From: Octopus sinensis
Taxonomy: Eukaryota
Reading direction: 5' to 3'
DNA length: 64,000 nt
NCBI RefSeq assembly: GCF_006345805.1
Contig: NC_043005.1
Span: 60,450,001-60,514,000, forward strand
Below the pieces are notes generated by a model that saw only the letters and a list, made by a program, of their open reading frames with translations, ran no database searches and was not told the DNA's origin. This document shows positions 27,345-43,242 of this stretch, piece after piece; positions within the stretch are counted from its first letter, which is position 1, and each line of letters starts with the position of its first letter. The position numbers and the translations under genes are program-made.

Positions 27345-28137
27345 TATGGTGGGGATATTTCCATTTAGAGAAATTTTGAATCACATACTGCTGTATCACT
27401 CTGACATATGGCTGTAAAGGCTAGGCTCGACTTGGATATGTAGTGATAAAATTCATCAAGATATTTGTATAGTTCTATATTTAAATATCCTGGGAACAAC
27501 CTAATCTACATTTAAAGGTGTTTACCAAAGTTTCATGTGTTCTAACACAGTGTTGACTACAGGAACACAGATTGTATTATCTTTTACATTATTCACAGTA
27601 GTGCACATTATTAAATTTGTTGTATGGAACGTTCGATGTACGATAGAACGGGATGATAATAATGTTCTCGCAAATCTTTCTACTCAAGATACTGGTAATA
27701 AACCTCGACAATACGCAACACACGGCTTTACACATGCTCAAATGACTCTCTTACACTGTCCGCGTATGTCCATTTATATTGTGGCACAATCCATTAGGAG
27801 CCAACCAATAGGGAAGTTCTACTTCCACTCGACAAAGTCCTTGTAAAAAAACAAAACAAAAAAAAAAACAAACACGACAACTGTGTTTACGATAGAATCA
27901 ATTTACAATCATTACTTTGGACCATTAAGACCCCAGAAACAGCTGTTGGACTCGTACAACGCTTATTCAAACCCTTTAATTCTTCATATCGTTTCTATTC
28001 GTTTTTGTACACTTTTTGTATTAAATGTATTCTATATTTTTTGTATATCGTCTTTCCTTACATTTACTCCTCTACCTGGTCAAGTTTAAACGTCTTGAGC
28101 ACTACGAAATGTATTCTGTACCGAAAATATTCTTTCA

Positions 28138-28186
<49 letters not shown>

Positions 28187-28196
28187 ATATATACAT

Positions 28197-28556
28197 AGGC
28201 GCAAGAGTGGCTGTGTGGTAAGTAGATTGCTTACCAATCACATGGTTCCGGGTTCAGTCCCACATTGGGCAAGTGTCTTCTACTATAGCTTCGGGCCGAC
28301 CAAAGCCTTGTGAGTGGATTTGGTAGACGGAAACTGAAAGAAGCCCGTCGTATATATGTATACATATATATGTATGTGTGTGTATATGTTTGTGTGCTTG
28401 AAAACCGTCCCCGTCACTTAGCGGTTCGGTAAAAGGAGCCCGATAGAGTAAGTACTAGGCTTACAATGACTAAGTCTTGGGGTCGATTTGCTCGACTAAA
28501 GGCGGTGCTCCAGCATGGCCGCAGTCAAATGACTGAAACAAGTAAAATAGTAAAAT
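28197..28556 (+). mobile_element. SINE family A, full length (tRNA-derived head, internal TA/TG tract, CR1-like 3' tail)
   Basis: A box tggctgtgtggtaag, B box ggttcagtccca, tail ggcggtgctccagcatggccgcag...ctgaaacaagtaaaa. Confidence 0.88.
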
Positions 28557-29091
28557 AGTAGTATACTTATATATATTACATAGATCACAAAAAAATACAA
28601 AATATTATGAAGACACTACATAATTAGTTGACTCGAGAGTTTGGCGACGAATCTCAGTGTTACGTTATAATTATAAATGTCATAATTTGCAAATGGAATA
28701 TGAAATAGTTTTAGGTATACAACCAGTAAGCAGTAACACAGAGATGTTACAGTAAGTCCGGCTTAAATAGCGGTGCCAATGATTTAAACGGTTGGATGGT
28801 GAGAGGAGGTAGAACACGAAAGGCAGCAGCCAGACGAGGATATCTATGATATAAGAAGAGAGAGAGTAGTAGAATAGAAGAAATAGAAAGATGAGGAAGA
28901 GGGTAAAGTTAAAGTCTGTGAGTTGAAAACAAACATCAGTGTTAGTCAAGACAATCTATCAATGCAGCAAATGAATCAGTCAGGGATGGCAGCTGAAAAG
29001 ACGGTGAGACGGGAAGAAATAAAGATTGAAAGAAACGAATCAGGATGGAGGTAGCGTTGGGATAAATTATGAGGAAATAAAGAGAATTTAG

Positions 29092-29773
29092 GAGCATAAT
29101 TAAATCTCAGAATGAGATTGAAACAGTAATCGCTCGATAATGTAAAGTATAGAAGCCATCTTATCGTGGCTAACCACATTGGGGAGGGGGTGTTACTGTA
29201 GCTTTATAGCCCCACGAGATCTTCGTCTCTAGCTGGCTTTAGACACAATATCAGTGTCCTTGGAGTATTTGCAAAGGGAGGCCATCCCTTCCTCGCAAGC
29301 CTGAGTGATACGCTCGAACTAGTTTCGGGATTGTTGTCCCTCGTCAACGGGCGGTAACCACCAGATCGCGATGAAAGTGAAGGCTGTCATGATAAGATGG
29401 CTTCTATACTTTACATTATCGAGCGATTACTGTTTCAATCTCATTCTGAGATTTAATTATGCTTACTGTTCGTTTTTCTACATCAGTGGCAGACGTCACT
29501 AGAAAAACTTATATATATTTGCAAAGCAGCCTTCACTTTCATCGCGACCTGGTGGTTACCGCCCGTTGACGAGGGACAACAATCCCGAAACTAGTTCGAG
29601 CGTATCACTCAGGCTTGCGAGGAAGGGATGGTCTCCCTTTGCAAATACTCCAAGGACACTGATATTGTGTCTAAAGCCAGCTAGAGACGAAGATCTCTTG
29701 GGGCTATAAAGCTACAGTAACATCCCCTCCCCAATGTGGTTAGCCATGATAAGATGGCTTTTATACTTTACAT
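29092..29773. mobile_element. Non-coding HHR-bearing element (retrozyme/Penelope pLTR-like) with a divergent inverted duplication
   Basis: 29151-29386 is the reverse complement of 29528-29773; 29093-29166 is the reverse complement of 29390-29463; 14-bp direct repeat taaagagaatttag at 29078-29091 and 29774-29787. Confidence 0.87.
29560..29602 (+). ncRNA. Type I hammerhead, C3U core variant with GUU cleavage triplet (also present inverted at ~29313-29355)
   Basis: cgcccg-TTGACGA-GGGA(caacaa)TCCC-GAAA-ctagt-T-cgagcg; palindromic ACTAGT stem III. Confidence 0.65.
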
Positions 29774-29879
29774 TAAAGAGAATTTAGTATAAGGAGAAAG
29801 GAGAAAGAAAGTGACACTAGAGAATAGTATATATATATAGATACGCATATGTACAGTTAGATAAAACAAAGGGAACAAC

Positions 29880-29880
29880 T

Positions 29881-29930
<50 letters not shown>

Positions 29931-29945
29931 CAGATAGATAGATAG

Positions 29946-30003
<58 letters not shown>
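29880..30003. repeat. (GATA)n microsatellite
   Basis: Direct reading. Confidence 0.95.
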
Positions 30004-30004
<1 letters not shown>

Positions 30005-30322
30005 ATAGGGGAAACAAGTGTGTATTTTGCGAATGTTTATATTTTAAATCATCGCATGAATGAATTGATCTAAAATTAAAGGCTAACGTTCCGAAAGACT
30101 TCGCGTCGTTAGACAATACGTCAATAGTTCTATGATTTCAAACACAAGTCGAATAAAAGTTAACTTTCATAAAAGATAGATTCGGACTTGAAAAGGTTTC
30201 GGGATTCTCCAGCATGACAGCAGTCTAATGACTAAAACAAATAGAAGATAGAATATAATACACACACACACGCACACACAGACACACACAGACACACACA
30301 CAGACACACACACACACACACA

Positions 30323-30383
<61 letters not shown>

Positions 30384-30402
30384 GAGGTAACAAACGAGTA
30401 AA

Positions 30403-33289
<2,887 letters not shown>

Positions 33290-33974
33290 GTATGTGTGTA
33301 TGTATCTATGTTTGTATGTACGTGTGTGTGTATGTATGTATGTATGTATGTATGTATGTATGTATGTATGTATGCATACTTTTGCTATACCGGATTAAAT
33401 CATGGTTCAAATAAAAGAGAGCTGTTTATTCATTTACATGAAGCAGAGCCTACGACTTCTATTTTGTGCGAGCCAGCAACGAAGCCTCAACGGCATCAAG
33501 TCGTCAACTAAAAATAGCCTAAACTCGCTCCAAAGTCCAAATCTTACGCCTTTTTTTAGAACGGTGAATGGCACAATGAATAATGTAGTACTCGTTGGAC
33601 TTTGCTTCAATAAAGGATTGGATGGTCACATATGAGAGTCATTTCTCGTAGACCCACGAAGCAGTGCTGCATTTGTCTGCAAAGTGACATATAGTATGTA
33701 CTTCTCAGGGGATTGAAACCGGTCGCTAAGAAAGTGAAAAGACTTTTTGAGTTAAGAGAGTTGCTGGTGTTTGTAAAAATATGGTTTGGTTAGTGGGTCG
33801 GTTGAGGAATCGATGAACATATGCAAGTGCATACATGTATGCAAGGTGCAAGAATGTATGCATGTATGCAAGTTTGTATTACGTGTATATATATGTGTGT
33901 GTGTATATATATGCTTATATATATAATATATATATATACATATATATATATATATGTGTGTATACGTCTAAAAG

Positions 33975-34052
<78 letters not shown>

Positions 34053-35774
34053 CATTAACAAATATACATGTGTGCGTGTATCCATTACATTATCAGCCAA
34101 TCAGAGTGCCCAGCTAACTTACTTTCCGCAATTTATGCTGCATTTCGCCTTTTCGCTCACTCTATACATCCCAGAATACTGTTCATCAACCATGTTTCAG
34201 AATTTACTCAATGAAACAAATATTTCACCACCAATAAATGTTCTTTGCTTATACACACACACACACACACACACACACGATTATATGCATATATTGTTCA
34301 TATATGAATATAATAGCTCTTCCACATTCATTGTCAATCTCTATCTCTTACTGCATCAACATGTATGCATATGTGCCTGTCTATATATCTGTGTGAGTGT
34401 GTTTCTGTGTGAGTGTACATTGCGACCGATCTGCTCACTCTATTGTTACGCTTTATCAGTTCACATTAAGCAATATACTTCACAATCTGCACCACCCTAC
34501 TACCTCCGCCAATATATTCACAATCAAATATCAATATCGGTCAACCAAAGAATGCGTCTGAAATAAACAAAAAAAAATGTCCGCCCGACGCTCATTCACT
34601 TCAGATTAACCAATATAAACAAAGTGACTAGCAATTCATAAATATTATATATGCCAACCAACATTAGCATTCCCAGTTGATTCTACTGAATATAGTTCAC
34701 ATTTACTCTAAGCATATTTATTTCTTATTAGCTTCTCCAATGTCTCCTGCACACATATGTTAATACTAACGTAACTTCATTTTTGCTTACAATCGCTTAC
34801 TTATTTCCTATAACCCAATAACTTCTTACATTTGTTTAATGTGTGGTTTAGCCTTTCTTCTGTGAGTAGAGCAAAGTTAATGTTGCAAAGACATGGTCGT
34901 AACGGGTGGATCGTGTCAGGAGTCACCTCCCGAACAGCATATTTGTCGATACTCATAAATGCCTTGTTTTCTTGCTGTCCACTGCATACTTATTTATTTT
35001 TTTAAATCCCTTCATACGCTTTGCTTGAATTTTTACTTCACGCAATGAAGCAACGAAGCATGAAATACCATTTGGTGAATAACCACAGGCTGATCAGCCC
35101 TGGTAGGTCTTTTATGAAGACAAAATACAATGAATACCTCCTTATTCAGTGTGGCATTCGCTATTGTCAAAAAAGTGTAATTTTGGATTTTAGAGAGATT
35201 TCACTATTTTCCGTTGATCAAGCGATGCGATGGTTTCGTCGATGGCTCGCACGAAATACTAGTATGCTCATTAAAGTAATGTGCAACTCATTTTCAAAGA
35301 CATGATTTAATCTGGGATAGCAAAATTATACTAATATAATCAGTTGCATTCTGCTAAGTTATTCATCATGGAGTTTATTAAATATATATCCAATTATCAG
35401 GAAATTTGGTTGCATAATTGTTGATCATGAAATTGATATGTTCAAATGCGTTTATGACACTAAGAAATCAATACTTTCTGAATATATACATCCGATACAC
35501 GACCATCCATCCTTATATACAGGCATACATACATAGTGCGTGCACATAGGCATAGACTTACATACGCGTGCGCACACACAAATACACAGAGAAACACACT
35601 TGCTTTGGCTGTTGAGAGCAATATATAGGCCTAAACAAAAACAGTTTACGTCAAATGATGGCTCTACATAGATCTCAAATCAAAATTCGGGAATAGAGAA
35701 AAATAGTATTCAGCGAACACAACGACATTTGCGCCCCTAACAAACAACCCAGCTTCAGAATTTTTTCTCTCTAT

Positions 35775-35992
35775 AAATTCTTCTTCTTCTTCTTCTTTGT
35801 CTTCTTTTTCTTCTTCTTCTTCTTTGTCTTCTTCTTCGTCTTCTTCTTCTTCTTCTTCTTCGTCTTCTTCTTTTTCTTCTTCTTTTTCTTCTTCTTTGTC
35901 TTCTTCTTTTTCTTCTTCTTTTTCTTCTTTTTCTTCTTCCTTTTCTTCTTCTTTTTCTTCTTCTTCTTCTTCTTCTTCTTCTTCTTCGTCTT
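35775..35992. repeat. (CTT)n-rich microsatellite
   Basis: Direct reading; explains the poly-Arg/poly-Ser ORFs. Confidence 0.95.
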
Positions 35993-37379
35993 CTGTGCAT
36001 CTTTATCAGTTACTACTACTGCTTAAACAATCAAAATCAAGAACTCATATCAAATATTAGGACTGCTACTATATGCAACCTGCTACCAAGCCCTCACAAG
36101 AGTAAAAAAGAGAGAGACAAAAAACAGACAGAAGGAAAGAAAATTTCCCTTGCATTTGAAAACTATCGAGATATTTTAAAAAAACATTTAACTTAATGTT
36201 CCCACAATTTAATTGTTTCTCTGCTGTATTGTAATTTGAAAAAGTCGCAAGGTTAAAACCGGTACTAAAATGTTCTTCATGACAAAATTATTTTAGCATT
36301 TTCTACCTTGTCTTATTGTTCCTATACATATCAAATAGTGTGTTCCTTTTCAACAATCTATATATCATACCCCCACACGAGATACAGAAATGCCGACAAA
36401 AAACAGACACAATCACTACCATAAATGACGAAATACTAAAAAACTCAAGAAAATCAACACAAATCTGTCAACGTTTTTTTAACAAATTTGACTCGACACA
36501 TGAATTCAATCGAGAGAACAATGAGAAAATCGATACGAAAAATACGAAAAATCGTCAAAAACCTTGGAAAATTATTCGAAACAATTAGAACATTTTTCTC
36601 AAACAACGCCAACTGAGGAACTCCGAACGAGACAGCATATGGGATCAATACACTAATAACATACCAAATGAAACACCACATAGTTCCACAATAGAACAAA
36701 TCATTCAGAGATAGAAAGTTCGCATTTTGGGAGATGAACTAAAAAGCAACAAAACTTTAATTCTCCCCTGCAAACTCCAGATCAAAGCCATTATAGATTA
36801 ACCTGAGACACAAAGACACCTCAAGGAAAGAATGGCACTGGAAAACATGAAGATGGAAATAGAACTTCTAAAATTGAGGGCTCAGACGAATGAAGATAAA
36901 GTAAAATACATCTATGAAGTGATTAACTAAGAAATTAACAAAATGACTCAAGACCCCGACCAAGAGAAGATATCCAAACTATGAAAAGAGGAATGTGAAA
37001 AAGAGGAAACGAAATCATCCAACGCTGTATGTATATGTATGTTTGTATATGCATATATATCTTACGTGTGCGTATATATATATATATACGTGCATGTCTG
37101 TATATACATGCATGTGTATATATACGTGTATGTGTATATGTATTATGCATATACGCACATGTATATTCCTACCTATCACACTAACCTATCATAGTCTATT
37201 TATAGAAATTCTAACATCCTTGTATTCTTCCCTTCACTTTAAATTTTAGTACTAAAATTACTACTCACTTTGGTATCACCCGCCGCCCCATACCTTGTAT
37301 CTACCGATCCCTTAATACACCCCGGTCATATCGCCCCTACCCACATATGTCACAATTATTCACACCTCATCTATTTCTT

Positions 37380-37610
37380 TATTACCCACAAGGGGCTAAA
37401 CCCAGAGGGGACAAACAAGGACAGACATAGGTATTAAGTCGATTACATCGACCCCAATGCGTAACTGGTACTTAATTTATCGACCCCGAAAGGATGAAAG
37501 GCAAAGTCGATCTCGGCGGAATTTGAACTCTCAACGTAACGCAAACGAAATACCGCTAAGCATTTCGCCCGGCGTGCTAACGTTTCTGCCAGCTCGCCGC
37601 CTTATTCACA
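37380..37610 (-). mobile_element. SINE family B, full length
   Basis: attacccacaaggggctaaac...ggcggaatttgaactc...ttctgccagctcgccgcc. Confidence 0.88.
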
Positions 37611-38162
37611 CCTTACCTACTCATCTCTTCCTATCCACTCCTCACTCACTCCTCTCACTTTCTCTCATTATTTTACCACCAACTAACACTCCTTTTCTCA
37701 AACCTGTCACCCTTAATATTTTGATTCTTGACACTTTTCACTTTTTCCGTCTCTCTTTATTATCATTACTCTTTTATCCATTTACTTTTTTCTCTCTTTC
37801 TGCCTCTCATTTTCCCATCCTCTCTTCATTTTAACGTATCTCCTCCTTCTTATCATGCACATTTCCTCCCCCCATCTATCCACAAATACTACCTATACAT
37901 TCTCAATTCTTCATTCACACCACAAAACCCCTTTGAACGGGCAACACAGAATCCACGGCTCCATACTTTGAAATGTCTAAACATGACCTACTATCGGAAC
38001 TTATATACCATGTGCAGGAAAAGTTTTCATCACTTCTATGCATCACTTTACTTGAAAAATGGAACTGCAGCTACAATATTCTGTATGTTAATTCTACTTT
38101 CATTCTCTTATTTTCCTCTCTTTTCTATATATTCCTCCTTTTCCATTTACATCTCTCACGTC

Positions 38163-38210
38163 GTCTCTGATGAAGGGATATCCATAACATCCCGGAAAAA
38201 GCTGTAAGAC
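38163..38210 (+). ncRNA. Degenerate type I hammerhead in a probable Penelope-type 3' end
   Basis: gtct-CTGATGA-a-GGGAT(atccataac)ATCCC-g-GAAA-aagctGTA-agac; stem III would be palindromic ACAGCTGT but has C>A. Confidence 0.55.
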
Positions 38211-38276
38211 TATATCTCTTTCCTTATAAATGCCCTGAAAACTCCTCACAGCCTTGGCTTTGTTATCACTTTATGT

Positions 38277-38319
<43 letters not shown>

Positions 38320-38453
38320 GTATATATGCAGGCTAATATAAAGCCCACATTAAACTCCTCACTCGTATCACAATCGAACCAAGAGTTTAACTAATGTCTG
38401 TCCTTAGCATTTAGCATTACGTGCCAGACATTAGATCTTATAGATACCAATAA

Positions 38454-38518
<65 letters not shown>

Positions 38519-38624
38519 GGGGGGGGTATGTGCGGAGAAGGTCCTTATTTTAAATAGCGATCAAATCCAGTGGCTGCCTGTGAAGAAAAATCCTTATAAG
38601 TTATCATACGAAAAAATATATGAA

Positions 38625-38740
38625 TTAATGTTGACTTACGTTGTATTCAATATTTCAGAGTTATGACCTCATTTTCAAGAAATTAACGACAATGGGGTCA
38701 TAAGCCCAAAATATTGAATCAATGTAAGTCTACATTAATT
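38625..38740. repeat. Imperfect ~50-bp-arm hairpin (MITE-like); a half copy occurs at ~15640-15695
   Basis: attaatgttgacttacgttgtattcaatattt...atgacctcatt vs aatggggtcataa...aatattgaatcaatgtaagtctacattaat. Confidence 0.6.
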
Positions 38741-38793
38741 CTGTTTTCTTGTGATTGCCTTGCTTTTACTTACTCGCGATTCTTTATACAATA

Positions 38794-38844
<51 letters not shown>

Positions 38845-39049
38845 AAACATTTATCAATTATGTATACATGTTTATGTATAGATATTTATACACACAAACA
38901 CGTACAAACGTACACACATATACACATACGAACGTCACACACATATACACACACATGTTTATAAATTACATTTTAGCTCCGAAATTATCCCACTCTGTTA
39001 CTATTTTCAATTCATTAATTATAGATGTAATTTATATAATGATAGTTAC

Positions 39050-39445
39050 TCTTTTACTCTTTTAAATGTTTCAATCATTTTATTGTGGCCATGCTGGATC
39101 ACCGCCTTTAGTCGAGCAAATCTATCCCAGAATTTATTCTTTATAAGCCTAGTACTTATTCTATTGGACTCTTTTACCGAACCGCTAAGTTACGGGGATG
39201 TAAACACACCAGCATCGGTTATCAAGCGATGTTTGGGGGACAAACACAAACACACAAACATATACATACACACACATACATATACACATATGCGACGTGC
39301 TTCTTTCAGTTTCCGTCTACCAAATCCACTCACAAGGCTTTGGTCGGCCCGAGGCTATAGTAGAAGTCACTTGCCCAAGGTGCTACGCAGTGGGACTGAA
39401 TCCGGAACCATGTGGGTCGTAAGCAAGCTACTTATCACACAGCCA
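39050..39445 (-). mobile_element. SINE family A, full length
   Basis: Reverse complement similar to 28197-28556. Confidence 0.88.
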
Positions 39446-39609
39446 GTGAAGCCATTTGCTTTAGCGCGTGTTGATTCAAGCATGTTCAGGTCAAGGGTTG
39501 AGTTACAAACGAGAAATATTCTCAGCGGGGTCATACACCCATTTCGAGTACTAATGCAGTTGTGGCTGAGTTTTAACTAGAAAGAATAATTCGTTTTTTT
39601 TTTTATATA

Positions 39610-39821
39610 CAGGGTCGCCCAAAAGTACGTTTACAATTATTCCACTATCTCTTTCGTATTCATATATTAACAGTTTAGATCTTAATTGTAAAAATATATG
39701 AAACCATTATTCTATGCTAATTTAGTTAGTTGTAAGATAGAAATTTAAATGTAATACAATGTTTTAAAAGAAACCTAAAGTGCCTACGTGATAACTGTAA
39801 ACCTACATTTGGGCTACCCTG
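39610..39821. mobile_element. Tc1/mariner-type MITE with TA target duplication
   Basis: TA-cagggtcgcccaaaagtacgtttaca ... tgtaaacctacatttgggctaccctg-TA. Confidence 0.75.
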
Positions 39822-40652
39822 TATTTAATTCTAGTATACTCTAATCTCTATAGAGAAGTTTAATTAACTTTATTTTACTTGTACATGTTTTATCGTTCTA
39901 AATGCATTTTAAATCCTGCAGGATTTAAAATGCGAACGTAAATGGTCTTAGTGGCAACCATTAAAGAGTATGAAGCATTTTACTACCCTTACGAAATGTA
40001 ATAATTGCACAGATATATATATCATAAATGATTTATGCAGAAAAACATTAAATGAAATATTTTAATACTTAATCATTCCTCATCAAAGGTTTCTATAAAT
40101 CGGGGATAAGCTTTATAGACGTCGAGTAATTTTTAAAAATAAAAACTCGCTGTGGAGTTCATGTTATTCTCTTGGTCATTAACACTATTAACCTAACATG
40201 AGAGGAAGTCACAGCTCACTGGATACATATTATTCATGAAGTGAAAACGATCTCGTTTATTTTATAGGCTACGCTTAGGCATTTGATATATTTACTGCTG
40301 AGTAGCGTCAGCTCTTATATACTAACTACAGTCCCATAAACTAGAAGTGCTGTGCTAATGTTGGATTAAGCAAATTTGAATTGAAATATATAGTAGTCGA
40401 TATTAACTTCGTTCATTTAACTTGCTCTTGTCTACTTCATCTGTAGTTTGTCGAAGTACACAAGTTTGCAGATGACATTTCTTCATTTTGTCATCTCTCT
40501 CTTTCCTGCGGTCGGGTGAATTTATTTCGCACATTCCATTCTTTATCGCCTGATATCTTGATATACCATAAGTCGAACAAACCAACCAATACTCTATCAT
40601 GGGTGTAGTTCGAACAATGACACTAATAACAAGGTTATATATATATATATAT

Positions 40653-40872
40653 AACTCAGAGCGTAACGGCAGACGAAATGCGTAGCCGTATTTCGTCTGC
40701 CGTTACGTTCTGAGTTCAAATTCTGCCGAGGGGTCGACTTTGCCTTTTATATTTTCGGGGTCAATAAATTAAGTACCAGTTACGCACTGGCGACGATATA
40801 ATCGACTTAATCTGTCTGTGTGTCCTTGTTTGCCTCCTCTGTGTTTAGTCCCTTGTGAGTAGTAAAGAAATA
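40653..40872 (+). mobile_element. SINE family B whose 5' head is replaced by a foldback copy
   Basis: 40653-40682 is the reverse complement of 40687-40716; the rest matches the family B body and tail. Confidence 0.85.
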
Positions 40873-40874
40873 GG

Positions 40875-40930
<56 letters not shown>

Positions 40931-40936
40931 CCTATT

Positions 40937-40987
<51 letters not shown>

Positions 40988-41128
40988 ATATAGTAACCGA
41001 TATTAATTTCTTGTCTGTTTCATATATGATTTGCAGCAGGAACTATAACAGCAGTAACAAGACTAGCATAATCATCTTCATCATCATCATCATGATCACC
41101 ATCATGGTCATCATGTCATCAACATTGT

Positions 41129-41160
<32 letters not shown>

Positions 41161-41289
41161 TAATAAAATAGGAGATAGAATGTGTAATAGACTTAATTGG
41201 GGACAACTTGTTTCGACCCGTTCTTGGTTTCGTCGGGTACATCGGCAGTTTTCGAAATATCTTTGAACGACATGCAACATCACTGACCG

Positions 41290-41470
41290 ATGATTTTATC
41301 TGGAGGCTTAAGGAAGCGAAGAGGCAATACAACCTTACATAGTTCATATTTAGACAGCCGAGTCCCTACAACGCTATATCGCGGAAATGCCAGTTATGCT
41401 CCGAGGAGTAGCTGTCGATAATGTTAGCGAAGGAGCGCATTATACATGAATTCATTGTACAATTACACAG
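41290..41470 (+). mobile_element. Penelope-like GIY-YIG C-terminal remnant
   Basis: FIWRLKEAKRQYNLT*FIFRQPSPYNAISRKCQLCSEE. Confidence 0.65.
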
Positions 41471-41674
41471 ATGCCTACACGCAGCTAAACACTTATACAC
41501 ATATTACAATCCTAACCACACATAACTTGATGTATACAAGGCGCCCACAAATCTTAATACATATGAACTTGAGGAACTACATTTGAATAACTTGTATTTG
41601 ACATATTATCTTGCAATCTAGATCCATATATGTGTGTGTATGTGTATATATATATATGTATGTGTGTGTATATG

Positions 41675-41736
<62 letters not shown>

Positions 41737-41744
41737 TATATCTT

Positions 41745-41888
41745 TTTCTCTCTTTTACTTGTTTCAATCATTTTGACTGCGGCCATGCAGGAGCACCGCC
41801 TTTAATCGAGCAACTCGACCCCGGGACTTATTCTTTTCTAAGCCCAGTACCTAATCTATCGGTCTCTTTTGCCGAACCGCTAAGTGAC
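41745..41888 (-). mobile_element. SINE family A 3' part
   Basis: ttttacttgtttcaatcattttgactgcggccatgcaggagcaccgcc...gccgaaccgctaag. Confidence 0.8.
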
Positions 41889-42012
41889 ATGTTTACATAT
41901 TCATCTGTGCGAATTTGCGTTTTTGTATGTGCATGTGCATATTAGTGTGCATATATGTATACATGTATGTGGGGGGTGTTTATGCGTGTATATGTATGTG
42001 TATATATGTGTA

Positions 42013-42046
<34 letters not shown>

Positions 42047-42334
42047 CGTATATATGTTTACTTATGTGTATATGCGATTGTATTAACACGTGTATGTGTG
42101 TGAAACTTTGCACTGACATCTGTACCTTGCTTTACGTACGAATCTATACACATATTTATCTATGTTATTAACATATATTTACGTATATATACACATATGT
42201 ACCTGTGTATATTACTTCCTATACATATATATATGCATATATTCGTCCAAACATATGCGTATACGTGTGTATCTAGTTGTATGTATATGCCCATATACTT
42301 GGATGTACGTGTGTGAACGCGTATGTATATGTGC

Positions 42335-42403
<69 letters not shown>

Positions 42404-42830
42404 TTTAAGCATGAACAGAAAAAATTTTCGTCCAACTGTTATCTTTCTTTCGAAAGCTCATTACATCATTTTCTCTAAACTAGAATGTATACTTTCCACG
42501 TTCATATCTGAATGTTTTGCTTTTCAATAATTTTTCTCTGATTTTACTCATTCTCCAACGTCATGGACATATAGCGGTACGTAAATTGACTCAAGAAATC
42601 TCTAGTGACACCTTTTATTGGTCTACCATAAGACACCCCTAAACTGATCGAAACTTGCGTTGTACCCAATAAAGTCAATCACACATTCCATGTCCTATTT
42701 TATCAATACTGTTACCCCTACCGCCACTACGAAGTTCCTGCAAATAATCTGCGGATAACAACAGGTAATCGAAACTGTGCCGGTGCAGTTTGCTCATCCT
42801 CTATTTATACATTTTCTACAATTTCTCCAT

Positions 42831-43033
<203 letters not shown>

Positions 43034-43090
43034 GTTTAAATATTTGTTGTGCAAGATTTTTTTATGTGAAGTCGTGTGTTGAAACAGATA

Positions 43091-43242
43091 TTGTTATATT
43101 TCGGAATGGTCATATTGCCAGTTTAGCCAATATATAGTGCGTGTGTTTTTATTGGCTAAACTGGCAATATGACCATTCCGAAATATAACATATATATATA
43201 TATATATATTGTTATATTTCGGAATGGTCATATTGCCAGTTT
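43091..43242. repeat. A-A'-A inverted triplication of a ~40-bp segment at the truncated 3' end of the LINE
   Basis: ttgttatatttcggaatggtcatattgccagttt at 43091 and 43209; reverse complement at 43151-43190. Confidence 0.9.

Noticed and set aside
35021-35305. 94-aa ORF and nearby non-repetitive sequence
   Set aside because: No recognisable motif; alternative start; cannot distinguish from chance or decayed transposon
36290-36960. A-rich stretch resembling a Penelope N-terminal domain remnant
   Set aside because: Only vague compositional similarity, many stops, no diagnostic motif
41190-41245. Minus-strand HHR-like motif CCGACGA...GAAACAAGTTGTC next to a Penelope remnant
   Set aside because: Stem I cannot form (tgtac vs cccaa) and stem II is poor; at most a decayed relic
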